64,000 nucleotides of DNA, taken from NCBI GenBank assembly GCA_964016885.1, contig OZ024745.1, positions 2,418,001 to 2,482,000 of the forward strand, written 5' to 3'. Source of the DNA: Eledone cirrhosa (taxonomy: Eukaryota). The position numbers and the translations under genes are program-made. Of this stretch, positions 58,084 to 64,000 are shown piece by piece. Position 1 is the first letter of the stretch; each line of letters opens with the position of its first letter. The notes beneath the pieces are model-generated. The model was not told where the DNA came from and ran no database searches. It worked only from the letters and a program-made list of their open reading frames with translations.

Positions 58084-58739
58084 GTTTTATAAAATATAAT
58101 TCAGTTAAAGAGAAACAAATGTATCATACGAGATTTTCAGTCTCCCCTCTCTCTCTCTCTCTCTCTCTCCCTCTCTCTCCCTCTCCCTCCCTCTCTCACC
58201 CTCTATCATCCTCTCACTTCTCTCTCTCTGTCACACACACACACTCTCTCTCTCCTTCCTCTCTCTCTCTCCCTCTATCTATCTATCTGTCTCTCTCTCC
58301 CTCTCTCTATCTATCTGTTTACCTATCTCTCACTCTCCCTTTATATATCTATCTGTCTCTCTCTCTCCTATATCTGTCTCTCTCTCTCTCTCCCTCTCTC
58401 TCTATCACTCTTTCTCTCTTTATCTATCTCTCTCTTCTCATTGGAAATACTTACCAGTCCTAAGTCAGTTATTTCTGTGGCGACTTAGATATCTCCCGCA
58501 CTATAAATAGCTTGTAGCACATAATGGTTCTCGTTGGCTTTGTTATTCATTAATGCATGAACCGGTTAAATTGGCGAGATGTTTAGAAATTCATCATCAC
58601 CACCATCATTATCAGCAGCATCCTCATCATATTCATCATCATCATCACCATCATTATTATCAGCAGCACCATCATCATATTCATCATCATCACCACCATA
58701 ATCATCATCATCATCATCATAATCATCATCATAATAATG

Positions 58740-58958
58740 CTTTCAAAATTAGGCACACCGCCAGCAATGATTTTTTTTGGGGGGGGAGGGTATGTCGATT
58801 AAATCGACCCCAGTGCATTACTGGTACTTTATTATATCGACCCTGTAAGGATGAAAGGCAAAGTTAACCTCGGCGGCATTTGAACTCAGACTGTCAAGGG
58901 CCGTAACTCTATGCTGCAAAGCATGGCGTCTGACTCTCTACCGATACTGCCAACCCAC
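58740..58958 (-). mobile_element. OK-like SINE (long form)
   Basis: Family match including GTCGATTAAATCGAC hairpin. Confidence 0.85.
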
Positions 58959-59390
58959 TAAGAAGAAGAAGAAGAAGGCGGCCGCTACATTCGCCATTGG
59001 TATTGTTTTTAAAATATGTGTCTTTCCATTTTTGGCATTGTTTTATGTTGTTTGAACATATCTGGCAATGTTTCTGATATCAGACAATTGTTGCACAAGA
59101 TGCAATGTCTTGGAATGGTTTGAATCATTGCTTTTATTCTGAATGTTTGATGAGGCAAGACATTGTGATGTGAAGAAGACTTTTCTCACATCAGCACCTC
59201 ACTTATCTACTTCTTTCCTCCTAACCCCGCTACATACACATAGTTGTCATTGTTGTTGTTGTTGTATCTGTAGTAGTTGTTGTTCTTGTAAGGTTTCTTT
59301 ACGTTTTCAGTTCAAATCCTGCCGAAACTAACCTTTTTTTTAATTCGGAATTTTCTCGGGAGGATGACTTGTTCCTTACTTCCCCATGAA

Positions 59391-59651
59391 GGTGCATGCT
59401 TAGTGGTTAGAGCATTGGGCTTGCAATCGAAAAGTTGTGAGTTCAATTCTCAGACCGGGTGATGTGATGTTTCCTTGAGCAAGACACTTTATTTAACGTT
59501 GCTCCAGTTTACTCAGCTGTAGAAATGAGATGATAGGACTGGGGTCCCTATCATTAAATCACCGAAGACACCTCCAACGAGATATACCTTGGAGAAGGCC
59601 AGCTAAACCTGCATAGGTGTGAGCTGTCACAACAACAACAACAACAACAAC
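59391..59651 (+). mobile_element. tRNA-derived CORE-like SINE with (CAA)n tail
   Basis: tRNA head, CCTTGAGCAAGACACTT; closely similar to 63121-63370. Confidence 0.82.
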
Positions 59652-60106
59652 ATATCTCGTATGTCTCCGCTAGGTTTTTACTCCTCAAGGTTTTCCAGTA
59701 TCCCTGTTTTTTTTGACTTCGTATTTGGTTCCAAATATTTTTCATTTGGTTTCTTTTTTCGAAAGCTTCTTTTTCCAGATTCAGTTCATTCCATTCTTTG
59801 AACGATGGAATTCTGGTCGTGTGTAACTATTTCAGAGAGGAAGATTTGTTCTTGTTTCTGGCGGTCTGCAATTAGGGAATCGAGTTTCTCCCTATAGCTG
59901 CCTGTTTGTTGTTCCATTACATGTACGGCATTAGTAAGAGAGTCGTACTTATTATTATGGAGAGTTTTTCTGAGATTTCCTGTAATATTGTCTCCGATTT
60001 GGGGGATTCAGTAAGAGATTTTGAACGTGTTTTAGCCATTCCATCGTGTACAAAGTGGTGGAATATTGGAAAATGTGTGAAATCCTTGGTACAGTTAGGT
60101 ATATTT

Positions 60107-60865
<759 letters not shown>

Positions 60866-60912
60866 CTTGATATAGCATATATATAAATATAGATATATAT
60901 ATAAATATATAA

Positions 60913-61029
<117 letters not shown>

Positions 61030-61061
61030 AGATTTCTCTTCAAGCATAGCTTTATACAATA

Positions 61062-62275
61062 CTAGCAGTGGTACACGTCGCTGCACGGGATAAGGTATTT
61101 TGGAACGCGGGCCGTCAACAGAACTAATCGTGGAAAAACTGCATGCCTCGACAATATGTAAAGAAAATAAACCGAATACTCTGATGGCTGGATAATCTTT
61201 AAGATTTTCTTCGATGAAGCAGGAAAAATACACGTTTTCACCTAATGCGAGCCCTAGGACATCAAGAAAATGAATCTTTTTTATATGCATAACATGCCTT
61301 GAAATTTCGGGAAAATCAGCTAGACGTAACGCCTAAAAAAAGCCCTAAAAAGCTGAAAAATGAAGCTTTTCACCTAATGCGGGCCCTAGGCCATAAAAAG
61401 GTTGGATTTTCTTTGCTCACGGTATGAAGAAGAGACTAATACATAGTTACAATTTCGAGGAAATCGGTCTGACGTAACGCCTCTAATACCCCCGCCCCCT
61501 CTGCGTCCAGAACGCGCCCTTATAATATCTGTCTGTATGTCTGGCTGTCTGCTGCCTCCGGTTATTTGCCACCCTTGCTCAAGACAAATCTCACACTCAT
61601 TCTCCAAACAGTTGGTAAGTGCACACAACTTCTTCCTCACGTTTTAAGCCACAGTGTTTCTTAGTTACATACCACCCGACCCTTACTTCTTTGCCAGCCG
61701 TGGTTGTGGCAATATTAAGCTTAGCTAAGGCGGTTATATATTTCACACAACACTAAAAATGAAAGCCGGTAACTATGTATTAGTCAGTCTCTTCTTCATT
61801 CCGTGAGCAAAGAAAATCCAACTTTTAGTGGAACCAGTGAAATAAAGTCGACCCCGCTGCGATTCAAAAATCAGGTTTTCAGGTTATATATTTCACACAA
61901 CACTAAACATTAAAGCCGGTAAAGAAAAACATCGCTGTTATAGCTTCAGTTTTCACAGTGTTGCTTACTTACGTGCCTTTACGAGAACAAAAGTTACTAT
62001 TTTACCGCTTAGTATTGTAGAAAACCGACTGTTTTCAAACTTTACACATGTAATACTTATGTTTCAAGGAGTGTTCTGAGCAAAAAAAATTTCAAATTTT
62101 CAATGCCCTAGGGACCGCATTAGGCGATTTAGCGATCTCTCTCCGTAATGCAGACAGCCAGGCATACAGACAGATATTATAAGGGCGCAACGTTATATGT
62201 ATGTATCTATCTAAAAAGAGAAAGACTAAGAATTATAGAGAGAGATCGCTAAATCGCCTAATGCGGTCCCTAGGG
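61062..62275 (-). mobile_element. Rearranged second Helitron copy
   Basis: A|CTAGCAGTGGTAC..TGCACGGGATAAGG is the reverse complement of the 28380-28411 end; internal inversions. Confidence 0.7.
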
Positions 62276-62282
62276 TGTGTAT

Positions 62283-62358
62283 CAGGATGTCCCAAAAAAA
62301 TGTATTCACATATTTATTAGGATGCTGTTGAAGTGTGCATACATTTTGGGGACACCTG
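62283..62358. mobile_element. Tiny Tc1/mariner-type MITE
   Basis: TIRs CAGGATGTCCCAAAAAAATGTAT / ATACATTTTGGGGACACCTG. Confidence 0.55.
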
Positions 62359-62360
62359 TG

Positions 62361-62393
<33 letters not shown>

Positions 62394-62448
62394 ACGTGTG
62401 TATGTGTCTGTCTTCTCTGTGTGTGTCTGTCTTCTGTGTGTGTGTGTC

Positions 62449-62501
<53 letters not shown>

Positions 62502-62781
62502 GTGTGTTGTCTTTTATTCTGCTATAAAAGGTGTTCTCGATTAGTTCAAGACTCTTATACTGTTAAAATGGCTGCCAGGCATAAGTCCTTTCTTACAGCG
62601 ATCATCTAATATTTTATTCATCTTACTTTACCAGTGTTATTAATTGAGCAAAATTAATTAATTAGCTTCATTGAAAGACAAATGTAAGGTTGTTACCTTT
62701 CTCAACATTAAACAACGACTTAGGTGTAAGGGATCTATAAAATATATTTACAATTTCAAAAATCCAGGGTTTATTGGAAAT

Positions 62782-62968
62782 AATTGTTTCTACTTTTGGC
62801 ACAAGGCCAGCAAATACCCAGTACATTACTGGTACTTTATTTTATTGACCCCGTAAGGATGAAAGGCAAAGTTAACCTCGGCGGGATTTGAACTCAGATC
62901 ATAAAGGGCCGTAACTCTATGCTACAAAGCATGGTATCTGGTCCGCTACCGATACTGCCAATCCACCG
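62782..62968 (-). mobile_element. OK-like SINE
   Basis: Full-length family match. Confidence 0.85.
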
Positions 62969-63120
62969 AATGAATTCTGCAGAGTTTATGGGAAAAGATT
63001 GTTAAATAAAAACAAAATTAGAATTATATCTCTCGCTCTCACGGGTCACACAATTTATGAGTTTTATCTCGAATAATGATAACGATTCGTCTGCAAGCAA
63101 GCAGCCTTCACTATAGTGAA

Positions 63121-63370
63121 GGCGCATGGCTTAGTGGTTAGAGCATTGGGCTTGTAATCGAAAGGTTGAAAGTTCAATTCTCAGACTGGGTGATGTGTTG
63201 TTTCCTTGAGCAAGACACATTATTTCACGTTGCTCCAGTTTACTCAGCTGTAGAAATGAGATGATAGGGACTGGGGTCTCTATCATTAAATTACCCAAGA
63301 CACCTCCAACGAGATATACCTTGGAGGAGGCCAGCTAAACCTGCATAGATGTGAGCTGTCACAACTACAA
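63121..63370 (+). mobile_element. tRNA-derived CORE-like SINE
   Basis: Matches 59391-59651. Confidence 0.82.
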
Positions 63371-63484
63371 GCAGTCTCATTACGCTATGTTTTTTTAAAT
63401 AAAATTCTAATTTTGTATACTTTACAATGTATACTTTAGAATAGTTTATATTTTCAACAGTTCAAGCGAGTGGCGGCGAGATAC

Positions 63485-63527
63485 ACAGTCTTGAGAAATG
63501 GCAATAACCCAGAAACACGTTGACTGT
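63485..63527 (+). ncRNA. Type I hammerhead ribozyme, U3:A8 variant (second family)
   Basis: ACAGTC-TTGAGAA-A-TGG caataac CCA-GAAAC-AC-GT-T-GACTGT; downstream sequence resembles the end of 35661-36063. Confidence 0.6.
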
Positions 63528-63626
63528 TTCTCGAAGCCACGGCTGGAACGAATAGATGGCCATAGTCATCAACAATGAGGCTGTTTGTGTGCAAACGAAT
63601 CGAATATTATTATTATTGGATATAAA

Positions 63627-63841
63627 GGCGGTGGATTGGCAGTATCGGTAGAAAGTCAGACGCCATTTTTTGCAGCATAGAGTTACGGCCCTTTATGATC
63701 TGAGTTCAAATCCTGCCGAGGTTAACTTTGCCTTTCATCCTTACGAGGTCGATAAAATAAAGTACCAGCCACACACTGGGGTCGATTTAATCGACTTTCC
63801 TCTCCCACCAAATTGCTGGCCTTGTGCCTATATCAGAAATC
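63627..63841 (+). mobile_element. OK-like SINE with 18-bp target-site duplication
   Basis: ATTATTATTGGATATAAA at 63609-63626 and 63842-63859. Confidence 0.88.
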
Positions 63842-64000
63842 ATTATTATTGGATATAAAACTCATGGATGGTAAATAAATGAAGTTTTATTAAAAACATT
63901 AAAATACTTCAATGTGTGTTCCATTGAGAGTACACAGCACATCTAGACGTGGGTCAGTTACTGACCATGTGTGTTGGAGCACCCCTCAGCAATGGTCAGC

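Noticed and set aside
57340-58463. 15-aa repeat ORFs
   Set aside because: SINE-head array open in multiple frames
58553-58867. His-rich ORF
   Set aside because: (CAT)n tract joined to a SINE

Overview
Eukaryotic, gene-poor, repeat-saturated DNA. The tRNA-derived SINEs resemble the octopus OK/OR families, so an octopod cephalopod is likely (inference). No host gene is confidently seen, and most listed ORFs are microsatellite translations. Recognisable content: two copies of an RTE LINE with C-terminal C2H2 fingers; fragments of RTE, CR1-like and R4/Dong LINEs; two Penelope-like element (PLE) remnants with RT/GIY-YIG; two non-autonomous Helitrons; Tc1/mariner remnants; two SINE families; several minisatellites and an 11.4-kb satellite. 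The main signal is not in the ORF track. The short islands between (TA)n tracts are mostly fold-back or tandem non-coding elements carrying type I hammerhead ribozyme (HHR) motifs: about 25 motifs in about 12 families, read by eye. They include two tandem HHR-delimited monomers of 489 and 531 nt (retrozyme-like, candidate circRNA producers), a family-fixed U3:A8 core variant, and HHRs with long stem II inserts showing covariation. Two satellites have traceable origins, one from a transposase catalytic motif and one from a SINE promoter head. Coordinates were counted manually and may be off by a few bases.
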